A DNA stretch of 64,000 nucleotides from an uncultured Gemmataceae bacterium (GTDB taxonomy: Bacteria; Planctomycetota; Planctomycetia; Gemmatales; Gemmataceae). The DNA is taken from the NCBI GenBank assembly GCA_963750165.1, contig CAVVPN010000012.1, positions 896,001 through 960,000 of the forward strand, given 5' to 3'. The notes beneath the pieces are model-generated. The model had not been told where the DNA came from. It was given only the letters and a program-made list of their open reading frames with translations, and searched no databases. A program made the translations under genes and the position numbers. Position 1 is the first letter of the stretch; each line of letters starts with the position of its first letter. This document shows, piece by piece, positions 11,737-20,028 of the stretch.

Positions 11737-12423
11737 ATGACCGAGGCGGAATGGCTGGCGGCAGAATCCCCCGAACGGCTTCTCCTGTGGCTCGGGGCCA
11801 AGAGTCGTCGCCGTCGATCCGTTCGCAAGAATGGGCTGTTTGTGGCCGCTTGCGCCTCGCGCGTGAAGTCATTCATGACACAGGGAATCACGCTGCGGGG
11901 ATTGGAATTGGCCGAACGCATGGCCGAAGGCGTGGCCGGCGAACCTGAGTACAATGCGTTCCTTGCCGATTTCCAGAATATGTCGCATCCAGGTACGCCT
12001 GGGCCGCAAGAAGCGGCAAGAGTGGTGCCGTTTTATGCTGTGCATGTCACACTTCCCCATCGCATCGGACAATCATCCGAAAAGCAGGCTGTCAGCGCGG
12101 CTCGATGTTGTGCCGGCGTCTATTACGCTGCCAACGATGTCCCATGTGCGATGCGAGAGATCGCCGTCCAAGCTGACTATCTGCGGGACATCGTTGGCAA
12201 CCCCTTCCGCTCCGTCGTCCTCGATCCCACCTGGCGGACGCCGACGGTGCTGCAGCTCGCGCAGGCCCTCTACCACGACCGCGCCTTCGACCGCCTCCCC
12301 ATACTCGCCGACGCCCTCGAAGAAGCCGGCTGCACCGACGCCGCCATTCTCGGCCACCTGCGCGGCCCCGGCCCGCACGTCCGCGGTTGCTGGGCGCTCG
12401 ACCTGCTGCTGGGCAAGGAGTGA
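11737..12423 (+). CDS. Gemmataceae-expanded paralog family protein (MTEAEWL...DIVGNPF...HVRGCW)
   Basis: characteristic N-terminus and C-terminal LRDIVGNPFR...LPILADALEEAGC...HLRGPGPHVRGCWALDLLLGKE; GGAGG upstream. Confidence 0.85.
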   Translation: MTEAEWLAAESPERLLLWLGAKSRRRRSVRKNGLFVAACASRVKSFMTQGITLRGLELAERMAEGVAGEPEYNAFLADFQNMSHPGTPGPQEAARVVPFYAVHVTLPHRIGQSSEKQAVSAARCCAGVYYAANDVPCAMREIAVQADYLRDIVGNPFRSVVLDPTWRTPTVLQLAQALYHDRAFDRLPILADALEEAGCTDAAILGHLRGPGPHVRGCWALDLLLGKE

Positions 12424-13022
12424 TCGATTCCGCCAACGTGCGTGCATTCACTTGCCTGATGGCCGTTTTCACGGCGTACCCACCCGCGAACCCGACCAGC
12501 ACTTTCACCAGATCCAGTGCCAGGTCCGCTCGGCCGAAATACAGGGAAAGCCAGCAGATCACGACCAGGGCCAGGGAGATGATGATTGCCATCCAGAAAA
12601 AGTAGCGCTGCTTCGTCTTTCGCCACTCGTGATCCAACTTGGCCAGCTCGAACCTCTGCTCCTTGGTGAGCAGGGGAAACGCCGGGCAACTTTATCGATG
12701 GACGAACTCGCCTCGGAGACGAGTTCGTCAACGTCCCGCTTCGTCTCGGACCTCTTGGCCATGCGGATCTCCTATCCCTGGCTCACCAACGCGGCCCGGG
12801 CCTTCAGGTCTGCCACCAGATCGCGCAGACGGTCGCGGAACTGCTCCATCTCTTCATCGCTCAATCCATCGATGAACCGCTCCATTGGTTCGGTGAGCGC
12901 CCGCGCCGGAGCGATTCGACCAGTTCCATGACGAGGTCTTCCTGGTCGCTTTCGGGCTGCGCCGTTTCCAGCTGCCCGCGGATTTTCTTCCCTGCTTCCT
13001 CAACAATTTGCTCGTGCTGCAT
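12424..13022 (-). pseudogene. two small frameshifted hypothetical ORFs; the second is a two-TM membrane protein
   Basis: MQHEQIVEEAG...(shift)...EPMERFIDGLSDEEMEQFRDRLRDL...SQG* (stop 12772), then MAKRSETKRDVDEL...(shift)...LTKEQRFELAKLDHEWRKTKQRYFFWMAIIISLALVVICW...; 3' end uncertain. Confidence 0.45.
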
Positions 13023-13090
13023 GGTAAGCCCTCCGTTTGAGTGCGAACCCATTGTACCAGGTGGGAAAAGATTTTCCCGGCCGTTTCAGG

Positions 13091-14341
13091 TCACACCGCC
13101 TGATACCCCTTCGCCGTCTTCTCCTTGACCAGCCTGTCCGCCTGCTCCGCCGCCGCCTTCGCGCTGACGAGGTACTGCGTGCTGCTCTGCCCCGCGCTGC
13201 CGATGCGGCCGTAGCGCACCGTCACCTCACTGCCCTGCACCGACACTTCCCAGAACTTGTGCGCCGCCCCCTCCGACAGCTCGAACCGCCGCACCGCGGC
13301 CGGGGGCGCTGGCGGGGCGGCCGGCGCCGGCTGCGGCGCCTCCGCGCGGACGCCGATGAACGACGGGAAGCGCGGCACTCCGCCTTCGGACAATTCCTGA
13401 TAGCGGAACGTGATCGTGCTGCCGACCGGCGGCGGCTGCTGGCGCTCCGCGTCGGAAAAGCCGGTGCCCACGGAGAAGCGCGTGCCGTCCGCCAGTTCCA
13501 CGAACAGCGCCCCCAGCCGGCCCTTGTGCTTGCCCGCCCCCTCCAGGTGTTGCAACACTCGCGCCTCCGCGTCGTGGAAGCGCTTGACCTTCAGCAGCGT
13601 GGACGAGCGGCCGCTCTCGTACTTCGAGCCGGGCCGGCGCATCATCAGCCCTTCCGCCCCCAGCGCCTCCAGCCGCTCCAGCTCCGCCCGCAGGTGGTCG
13701 ATGCCGTGACAGCGCTGCTGCTCATGGGCCAGGGCGTACATGGCCTTGCTGCCCGTGAGGCACTCGCGCACAAACTCCTGTCGTGCCTCGAACGCCTTCT
13801 CCAACTTCGGCGCGTCGAAGACGACGTAACGCACCTGCTTCCAGAGGTCGGTCTTGTCCTGGCGGCGCACGAGGCCCGAAGTCTTGTTGAATTGCTTGCG
13901 GCCAATCCACAGTTCACCGTCCAGCGGTTCGGACGGTAGCCCGATAGTGAACCAGTCCGGTACGTGCCATTGGTTGCCCTGCCGCGACCAGAAATGTTGG
14001 CCGTCCCAGAACGCCCGCACGCCATCCAGCTTTTCGCTCAGCCACCAGCCCGTCGGGTCGAGGACGCAGTCCCACGTCTCGGCCAGCAGCAGCGGCGGTG
14101 CGCCGGCTCCCTTGGCGGGCGACTCGGGCTTGGGCGGCAGCGGAGCGCCGAGGCGGGCCTGCTCCGCTTCCTCGCCGCGGAACTGACGCAGGTGCTTGCA
14201 GGTGCGGCGCTCGATCGGCACCGACTGGTTGCGCCACGCCGGGCAGCTGCACGAGTAGACGCCGCCCACGTTTTTGAGGACGTACGGCTTGACACCGGAG
14301 CCCTGGATTTCTGCCGTCTGGCCGTCTTGCAGGTCCGCCAT
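13091..14341 (-). CDS. ATP-dependent DNA ligase with N-terminal SWIM Zn finger and C-terminal WGR domain
   Basis: YSCSCPAW...CKH (SWIM); SEKLDGVRA, LDGEL, VFD, EGLMMR, LLKVK (ligase motifs), OB fold VGTGFSD...PRFP; KFWEV...VRYGRIG...KGY (WGR). Confidence 0.92.
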   Translation of the reverse strand: MADLQDGQTAEIQGSGVKPYVLKNVGGVYSCSCPAWRNQSVPIERRTCKHLRQFRGEEAEQARLGAPLPPKPESPAKGAGAPPLLLAETWDCVLDPTGWWLSEKLDGVRAFWDGQHFWSRQGNQWHVPDWFTIGLPSEPLDGELWIGRKQFNKTSGLVRRQDKTDLWKQVRYVVFDAPKLEKAFEARQEFVRECLTGSKAMYALAHEQQRCHGIDHLRAELERLEALGAEGLMMRRPGSKYESGRSSTLLKVKRFHDAEARVLQHLEGAGKHKGRLGALFVELADGTRFSVGTGFSDAERQQPPPVGSTITFRYQELSEGGVPRFPSFIGVRAEAPQPAPAAPPAPPAAVRRFELSEGAAHKFWEVSVQGSEVTVRYGRIGSAGQSSTQYLVSAKAAAEQADRLVKEKTAKGYQAV

Positions 14342-14439
14342 GTGTCGCCCTCCGCGCAGTTGGGATGGGGAATGAGTGTATTGATTGAAAGAAACTGTAC
14401 ACGGTGGCACGGCGACGGCCAAGGTGAGTAGCCGCCCCG

Positions 14440-14491
14440 CTGACCCCGTTTACGTTTCGCGCAGCCCCGCGCGAAACGTAAACGGGGTCAG
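14440..14491. repeat. perfect 23-bp-arm inverted repeat in a divergent intergenic region
   Basis: CTGACCCCGTTTACGTTTCGCGC-agcccc-GCGCGAAACGTAAACGGGGTCAG. Confidence 0.85.
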
Positions 14492-14562
14492 GTGATGTCC
14501 GGCGCCGTATATTTCCTGAAGGGAGCCCGCCCGGCGCACGTTCACCGAGAGAAGCCACACCC

Positions 14563-15774
14563 ATGACTGAGGCTGTTACGTCACCCCCGCGGCCCCTCGT
14601 GGACCGCCCCGCGACCGTTCTGCTGATCGATGACCAGGCCATCGTCGGCGAACAGGTACGCCAGATGCTGGCCGGTGAACCGGACCTGGTCTTCCACTTC
14701 TGCCAGGAGCCTGCGAAGGCCATCGCCGTCGCCAACCAGGTGCAGCCAACCGTGATCCTGCAGGACCTGGTCATGCCGGACATCGACGGCCTGTTGCTGG
14801 TGAAATTCTTCCGCGCCAACCCGGCGACCAAGGCGACGCCGATGATCGTCCTGTCGAGCAAGGAGGAGCCGGTCATCAAGGCCCGCGCCTTCGCCCAGGG
14901 CGCCAACGACTACCTGGTGAAACTGCCGGACAAGCTCGAACTGGTCGCGCGCATCCGCTACCACTCGCGCAGCTACCTGAACCTGCTGGAGCGCAACGAA
15001 GCCTACCGCCAGCTGCAGGAGAGCGAGCGCCGCATGGCCGAGGAGATCGCCCAGGCGGCCCGCTACGTGCAGTCGCTGCTGCCGGCGAAGCTCACCGGCA
15101 CGCCGGCCATCGACTGGAAGTACGTGCCGAGCACCGACCTGGCCGGCGACATGTTCGGCTACCACTGGCTGGACCCGGACCACCTGGCGCTGTACCTGCT
15201 CGACGTGAGCGGTCACGGCGTCGGCTCGTCGCTGCTGGCGGTGTCCGCGGCCAACGTGCTCGCCGCCCAGTCGCTGCCGCACACCGACTTCCGCGACCCC
15301 GCCCAGGTGCTCAGCCGACTCAACGACGTCTTCCAGATGGAGAAGCAGAACGGCAAGTATTTCACGATCTGGTATGGCGTCTATCACCAGAAGGACCGCA
15401 CGCTGGCCTACGGGAACGCCGGCCACCCGCCCGCCCTGCTCTACCAGGGAGCCGACGCCGCCAGCACCGGCCTGCATCAGCTGGACGCCCTGGACCCGAT
15501 GGTCGGCATGCTGCCGCCGGACGTGCCGTTCGAGAGCCGCACCGTTCCCCTGGAGCCGCACGCTCGCCTGCTCATCTACAGCGACGGCGTCTTCGAGGTC
15601 GAGAAGCCCGACGGCTCCATGTGGGCGCTGTCGGAGTTCCTCACGTTCATGACCGACTTCCCGCTGGAAGGCGAGCCCGTCCCCGAGCGTCTGCACCGCC
15701 ATGTCCGCGAACTGGGCCGCTCCGACACCCTGGCCGACGATTTCTCGCTCATCGATGTGCGCTTCGGACCCTGA
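14563..15774 (+). CDS. response regulator: WspR-like receiver domain fused to a SpoIIE/PP2C phosphatase
   Basis: [41 protein letters not shown] (WspR-like REC and stalk); LAGDMF, DVSGHG, NAGHPP, YSDG, DDFSL (SpoIIE). Confidence 0.92.
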   Translation: MTEAVTSPPRPLVDRPATVLLIDDQAIVGEQVRQMLAGEPDLVFHFCQEPAKAIAVANQVQPTVILQDLVMPDIDGLLLVKFFRANPATKATPMIVLSSKEEPVIKARAFAQGANDYLVKLPDKLELVARIRYHSRSYLNLLERNEAYRQLQESERRMAEEIAQAARYVQSLLPAKLTGTPAIDWKYVPSTDLAGDMFGYHWLDPDHLALYLLDVSGHGVGSSLLAVSAANVLAAQSLPHTDFRDPAQVLSRLNDVFQMEKQNGKYFTIWYGVYHQKDRTLAYGNAGHPPALLYQGADAASTGLHQLDALDPMVGMLPPDVPFESRTVPLEPHARLLIYSDGVFEVEKPDGSMWALSEFLTFMTDFPLEGEPVPERLHRHVRELGRSDTLADDFSLIDVRFGP

Positions 15775-15917
15775 CGGTAAGTGGGGATGTGCCAGAGACG
15801 CAAGCCCGGCCTGGGACTCCGCGGCGGACGACGGCCGCCAACGTCTGGCGTCTGGCAAGGCGGAAGATTTATACTGCAAGGATGATTCGCGAACCCGGCC
15901 CGTGGGAGGCTGTCTTG

Positions 15918-17561
15918 ATGCGCTTCAATAACGTCTCGATCCGGACCAAGTTATTCGGCAAGGTGGTCGTGGTCACGGCCGGGCTGGCGACCATTCTGGG
16001 GCTGGCCCTGTGGATCACGTCCACCTACCAGGTGGGCGGGCCGGTGTACAAGCGCATTCTCCAGGCCAACGAGCTGTCGCCGGACCTGACGCCCGCGACC
16101 CTGGCGATCCCGCGCATCTTCATGACCCTGCAGATTCTGGCGGAAGCCGACGAACTCCCGGAAATCCAGCGGCAGATCGACAGCCTGCGCAGCATGGAAC
16201 TGGAGTACCGCCGGCGCTTCGACTACTGGCGGCGGGAGTTGCCGAGCGGACCGATCCGGGACGGGCTGGAGCGCGAAACCGACCCGCCTGTCCGGGAAGT
16301 GTTCCGCATCGCCCGTGAGGACTTTTTACCCCTGGTCAACAAGAAGGACCGGGTCGGGGCGACCAAGGTTTTGAAGGAGAAGATCACGCCACGCTACCAG
16401 GAGCACCTGAAGGCGGCGGAACGGCTGCTGGACCTCATTAACAAGGACACCGCCCAGCGCGAGGCGGAGGTGCTGGCGGCCACGGCGTCCGCCCAGTGGA
16501 TCATGCTGGGCGTGGGCCTGCTGGTGCTCGGGCTCGCGGTGACCCTCAACGTGCTCATCGCCCGCAGCATCCTGCGCTCGACCGGCGTGCTCACCCATCG
16601 GATCGACGAGATGGCCGGCGGCGCCGGCGACCTGACCGCTCGGGTCCAGCTGGACACTCACGATGAGATCGGCCGCCTGGCCGACGGCATCAACGCCGTG
16701 ATCGAACGGCTGCACACGATGGTCGCCAAGATCCGCGAGGCGAGCCTGCAGCTGCTGTCCACGGCCTCGGAGATCGCGGCCACGGCCCGGCAACAGGAGG
16801 GCACGGCCCAGGGCCTCAGCGCCTCGACGACCGAGGTGGCGGCCGCGGTGCGCGAAATCTCAGCCACGAGCAAGGAACTGTCCGGTACGATGGAGCAGGT
16901 GTACGACAGCGCCAGCCAGGCCGCGACGCTGGCCACCGGGGGCCGGACGCAGCTGGGCGCCATGGAGGCGGCGATGCAGCAGCTGGTGCAATCGACCGCA
17001 TCGATCTCGGCCAAGCTGGCGACCATCCGCGAGAAGGCGGACAACATCAACCTGGTAGTGACCACCATCACCAAGGTGGCGGACCAGACGAACCTGCTGT
17101 CGATCAACGCCGCCATCGAGGCGGAGAAGGCGGGCGAGTACGGCCGCGGCTTCCTGGTGGTGGCGCGCGAGATTCGCCGGCTGGCGGACCAGACGGCGGT
17201 GGCGACGCTGGACATCGACAACATGGTGCGGCTGATGCAGGACGCGGTCAGTGCCGGCGTCATGCAGATGGACAAGTTCGGCGAGGAGGTGCGTGCCGGC
17301 GTGGGCCGCATCGCCCAGATCAACGGCGCCACCGGGCAGATCATCGAGCAGGTCGAGGGGCTGCGCGGCCGCTTCCAGCAGGTTAACGAGGGCATGCGCA
17401 ACCAGTCCACGGGAGCGCAGCAGATCAACGAGGCGATGATGCAGATCGCCCAGGGCACGCAGCAGACGCTGGCGGCGCTGGAAGAGTTCAACCGCGCCAC
17501 CGCCCACCTGCGCGCCGCGGTCGAGGGGCTGAACAAGGAGGTCGCGCAGTTCAAGGTGTGA
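15918..17561 (+). CDS. methyl-accepting chemotaxis protein (WspA-like)
   Basis: two TM helices, HAMP (GDLTARV..DEIGRL), signalling tip [40 protein letters not shown]. Confidence 0.95.
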   Translation: MRFNNVSIRTKLFGKVVVVTAGLATILGLALWITSTYQVGGPVYKRILQANELSPDLTPATLAIPRIFMTLQILAEADELPEIQRQIDSLRSMELEYRRRFDYWRRELPSGPIRDGLERETDPPVREVFRIAREDFLPLVNKKDRVGATKVLKEKITPRYQEHLKAAERLLDLINKDTAQREAEVLAATASAQWIMLGVGLLVLGLAVTLNVLIARSILRSTGVLTHRIDEMAGGAGDLTARVQLDTHDEIGRLADGINAVIERLHTMVAKIREASLQLLSTASEIAATARQQEGTAQGLSASTTEVAAAVREISATSKELSGTMEQVYDSASQAATLATGGRTQLGAMEAAMQQLVQSTASISAKLATIREKADNINLVVTTITKVADQTNLLSINAAIEAEKAGEYGRGFLVVAREIRRLADQTAVATLDIDNMVRLMQDAVSAGVMQMDKFGEEVRAGVGRIAQINGATGQIIEQVEGLRGRFQQVNEGMRNQSTGAQQINEAMMQIAQGTQQTLAALEEFNRATAHLRAAVEGLNKEVAQFKV

Positions 17562-17562
17562 C

Positions 17563-17619
17563 TTTCTGCCGCTTGCGGCTTAGCGCTCCGGAAGTGCGCT
17601 AAGCCGCTAGCGGCAGAAA
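17563..17619. repeat. REP-like palindrome (GCCGCTTGCGGCTTAGCG family)
   Basis: TTTCTGCCGCTTGCGGCTTAGCGC...GCGCTAAGCCGCTAGCGGCAGAAA; related copies near 56390 and 58835. Confidence 0.8.
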
Positions 17620-17642
17620 AACCAGAACCCACGGGGTTTCCC

Positions 17643-18101
17643 ATGCAGGCGCTCGCATTCCAGGTCGGCGCGGACCAGGTGGCGCTCGACGTCCGCGCCG
17701 TCGTGGAGGTGGTGCCGCGCGTGCGGCTGCGGCAGCCGGCCGGCGGGCCGCCGTGGCTCGCGGGGCTGTTCGTCTACCGCGGTCAGGTGGTGCCGGTCCT
17801 CGACCTGTTCCGCCTGGTCGGCGCCGGCGAGTGCCCGGCCGACCTGAGCAGTCGCATCATTCTCGTGAACGCGCCCGGCGGCGCTCCCGACCGCTACCTC
17901 GGGTTGCTCGCGGCTGGCGTCGCCGACCTCCGCAGCGTTCCGGACGTGAGGCCGCCGGTGGATCTGGCACAACCGGGCCGGCCCAGCCTCGGGCCGCTGC
18001 TGGCCGACGGTAGCGATGTGCTGCGGCTGCTGGACCTGAGCGGCCTGGTGCCCGGGGAGCTTGGCCGGTTGGCCCTGGCGGCCGCGGAGGCAGACCGATG
18101 A
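17643..18101 (+). CDS. CheW-like adaptor (WspB-like)
   Basis: VVEVVP..P.WLAGLFVYRGQVVPVLDL, SRIILV, LGLLA; operon position. Confidence 0.88.
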   Translation: MQALAFQVGADQVALDVRAVVEVVPRVRLRQPAGGPPWLAGLFVYRGQVVPVLDLFRLVGAGECPADLSSRIILVNAPGGAPDRYLGLLAAGVADLRSVPDVRPPVDLAQPGRPSLGPLLADGSDVLRLLDLSGLVPGELGRLALAAAEADR

Positions 18102-19357
18102 GCGCGGACGCCGTCGCTGATTTGCTGCGGGAACGGCTCGGCCTGGACCCCGACACCCTCGGCGCCGGTGTTATCCCCGCCGCGGTGCGGACGCGCATGG
18201 CCGCCCTGAGTGTGACCGACCCGGCGGCGTACGCGCAGCAAGCGCGGGCAGCGGCGCAGGAATATCAACGACTCGTGGACACAATCGTCGTGCCGGAGAG
18301 CTGGTTTTTCCGCGGCGGCACACTGTTCACGCACCTGGCCGACCACGTCAGCCGCGCCGCCCAGGCGCGGGGTGCTCCGGTGCGCGTGCTGTGCGTCCCG
18401 TGCGCCGCCGGACAGGAACCGTACTCCCTGGCGCTGGCGCTGCAGGAACATAACGTGCCCGCAACGGCGTACCACATCGAGGGCGTGGATGTCAGTCCGC
18501 GGCTGGTCGAGCAGGCCCGCGCCGGCATCTACGGCCCCTTCTCATTCCGCGAAGTGGAGCCGGCGCTGCAGCGCCGCCTCTTCCGGCCGGCCGCGAACGA
18601 CCAGTGGCAATTGCTGCCGGCGGTGCGCAGCCGGGTCTGCTTTCGCGTCGGTAACGCCATTGATCCGCACTTGTTGTTCGGCGAGCCGCCCTTCGACCTG
18701 ATCTTTTGCCGCAATTTGCTGATCTACCTGCACCCGGCGGCGCGGCGGCAAGTGCTGGACAATCTGGACCGACTGCTAGCCCCCGACGGCCTGCTCTGCA
18801 TCGGTCACGCGGAGCCGCTGGCGCAGTACGACGCCCGCTTCGCCGCCACGGGGCCGCGCGAGTTTTTCCTGTACCGGCGGGCCGGCGTGGCGGAGCGACC
18901 CGAGTCTGCCGTCCCGGCGAGCGGGGGGCGTCAGCGACTGGAGACGGGCCACACGTTGGAGCCCGAGTGCGCCCGTCCGAGCCCGAGCGCTAGCGAGGGG
19001 CCCCGCGCTGACGCTCGGGCTCGGATCGGCCCTTCAACTGCCGAATCTCCTGTCGAGCCGGCCGACGCCCGCCAGTTGGCCGACGCCGGCCGGCTCGACG
19101 AGGCCCTGCGCCTGTGCCGCGCCCAGCTCGACAGCGGCGCGCCGACGGCCGCGCTGTACAGCCTGCTCGGCGTGATTCACCAGGCACGGCACGAGGACGC
19201 CGACGCGGAAGCCGCGTTCCGCAAGGCCCTGTACCTGGAGCCTGAGCATTCGGAAGCACTGTTGCACCTGTCGCTGTTACACCAGCAGCGCGGCGACACG
19301 GCCCAGGCGGATCGGTTACGGCAGCGACTGCGCCGATCCGCGGGAGGCGACTCATGA
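18098..19357 (+). CDS. CheR methyltransferase with C-terminal TPR (WspC-like)
   Basis: VVPESWFFR, PCAAGQEPYS, DLIFCRNLLIY, IGHAE; TPR FRKALYLEPEHSEAL. Confidence 0.92.
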   Translation: MSADAVADLLRERLGLDPDTLGAGVIPAAVRTRMAALSVTDPAAYAQQARAAAQEYQRLVDTIVVPESWFFRGGTLFTHLADHVSRAAQARGAPVRVLCVPCAAGQEPYSLALALQEHNVPATAYHIEGVDVSPRLVEQARAGIYGPFSFREVEPALQRRLFRPAANDQWQLLPAVRSRVCFRVGNAIDPHLLFGEPPFDLIFCRNLLIYLHPAARRQVLDNLDRLLAPDGLLCIGHAEPLAQYDARFAATGPREFFLYRRAGVAERPESAVPASGGRQRLETGHTLEPECARPSPSASEGPRADARARIGPSTAESPVEPADARQLADAGRLDEALRLCRAQLDSGAPTAALYSLLGVIHQARHEDADAEAAFRKALYLEPEHSEALLHLSLLHQQRGDTAQADRLRQRLRRSAGGDS

Positions 19358-20028
19358 ATGTTGCCCTGCCCGTCGCCCCGACCACGATGGACTGCTGGAA
19401 CCGCATCGGCGTGCGCGGCGACCGCTCCTGCCCGGAGTTGGCGAAGGTCGTGCATTGCCACAACTGCCCGGTGTTCGCCACCGCCGGCCGCAATTTTCTC
19501 AACGCGCCGGCGCCGGCGGGCTACCTGGAGGAGTGGACCGCCCGATTGGCGGCGCCGCCGGAGGACACGGCCACTGACCTGCAGAGTGTGCTGATTTTCC
19601 GCATTGGCGAGGAGTGGCTGGCGCTGCCGGTCGAGGTCCTCACGGAGGTCACGCCCTGGCGGACGCCGCACCGTGTACCGCACCGCGGCGGCCTGCTGGC
19701 CGGCCTCGTCAACCTCCGCGGCGAGCTGCACCTGTGCGTCCTGCTGGATCAGTTGCTCGGCATCCGCAGCGACCGCACCCAGGCGGCCGGACCGGAGGCG
19801 GCGGGGCGGCTGCTGGTCGTGGTGTGGCGGCAGCAACGCTGGGTGTTCCCGGTCGATGCCGTGGACCAGGTACACCGCTTTTCACGGGCCAATCTAACGC
19901 CGGCGCCGGCGACCGTGGCCCGGTCGCACCATCGGTTGTCGCAGGGCGTGTTTCCGTGGGACGGCCGGTCGATCGGCCTGCTGGACCCGGAGCGGTTGTT
20001 TCACGGCCTGGAGGGGAAGCTGCGATGA
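19354..20028 (+). CDS. CheW-like adaptor with Cys-rich N-terminus (WspD-like)
   Basis: CWNRIGVRGDRSCPEL..HCHNCPVF, FRIGEEWLALP, GLVNLRGEL. Confidence 0.92.
   Translation: MNVALPVAPTTMDCWNRIGVRGDRSCPELAKVVHCHNCPVFATAGRNFLNAPAPAGYLEEWTARLAAPPEDTATDLQSVLIFRIGEEWLALPVEVLTEVTPWRTPHRVPHRGGLLAGLVNLRGELHLCVLLDQLLGIRSDRTQAAGPEAAGRLLVVVWRQQRWVFPVDAVDQVHRFSRANLTPAPATVARSHHRLSQGVFPWDGRSIGLLDPERLFHGLEGKLR

Noticed and set aside
11737..12423. Diversity-generating retroelement target
   Set aside because: No reverse transcriptase and no template/variable repeat pair in the window
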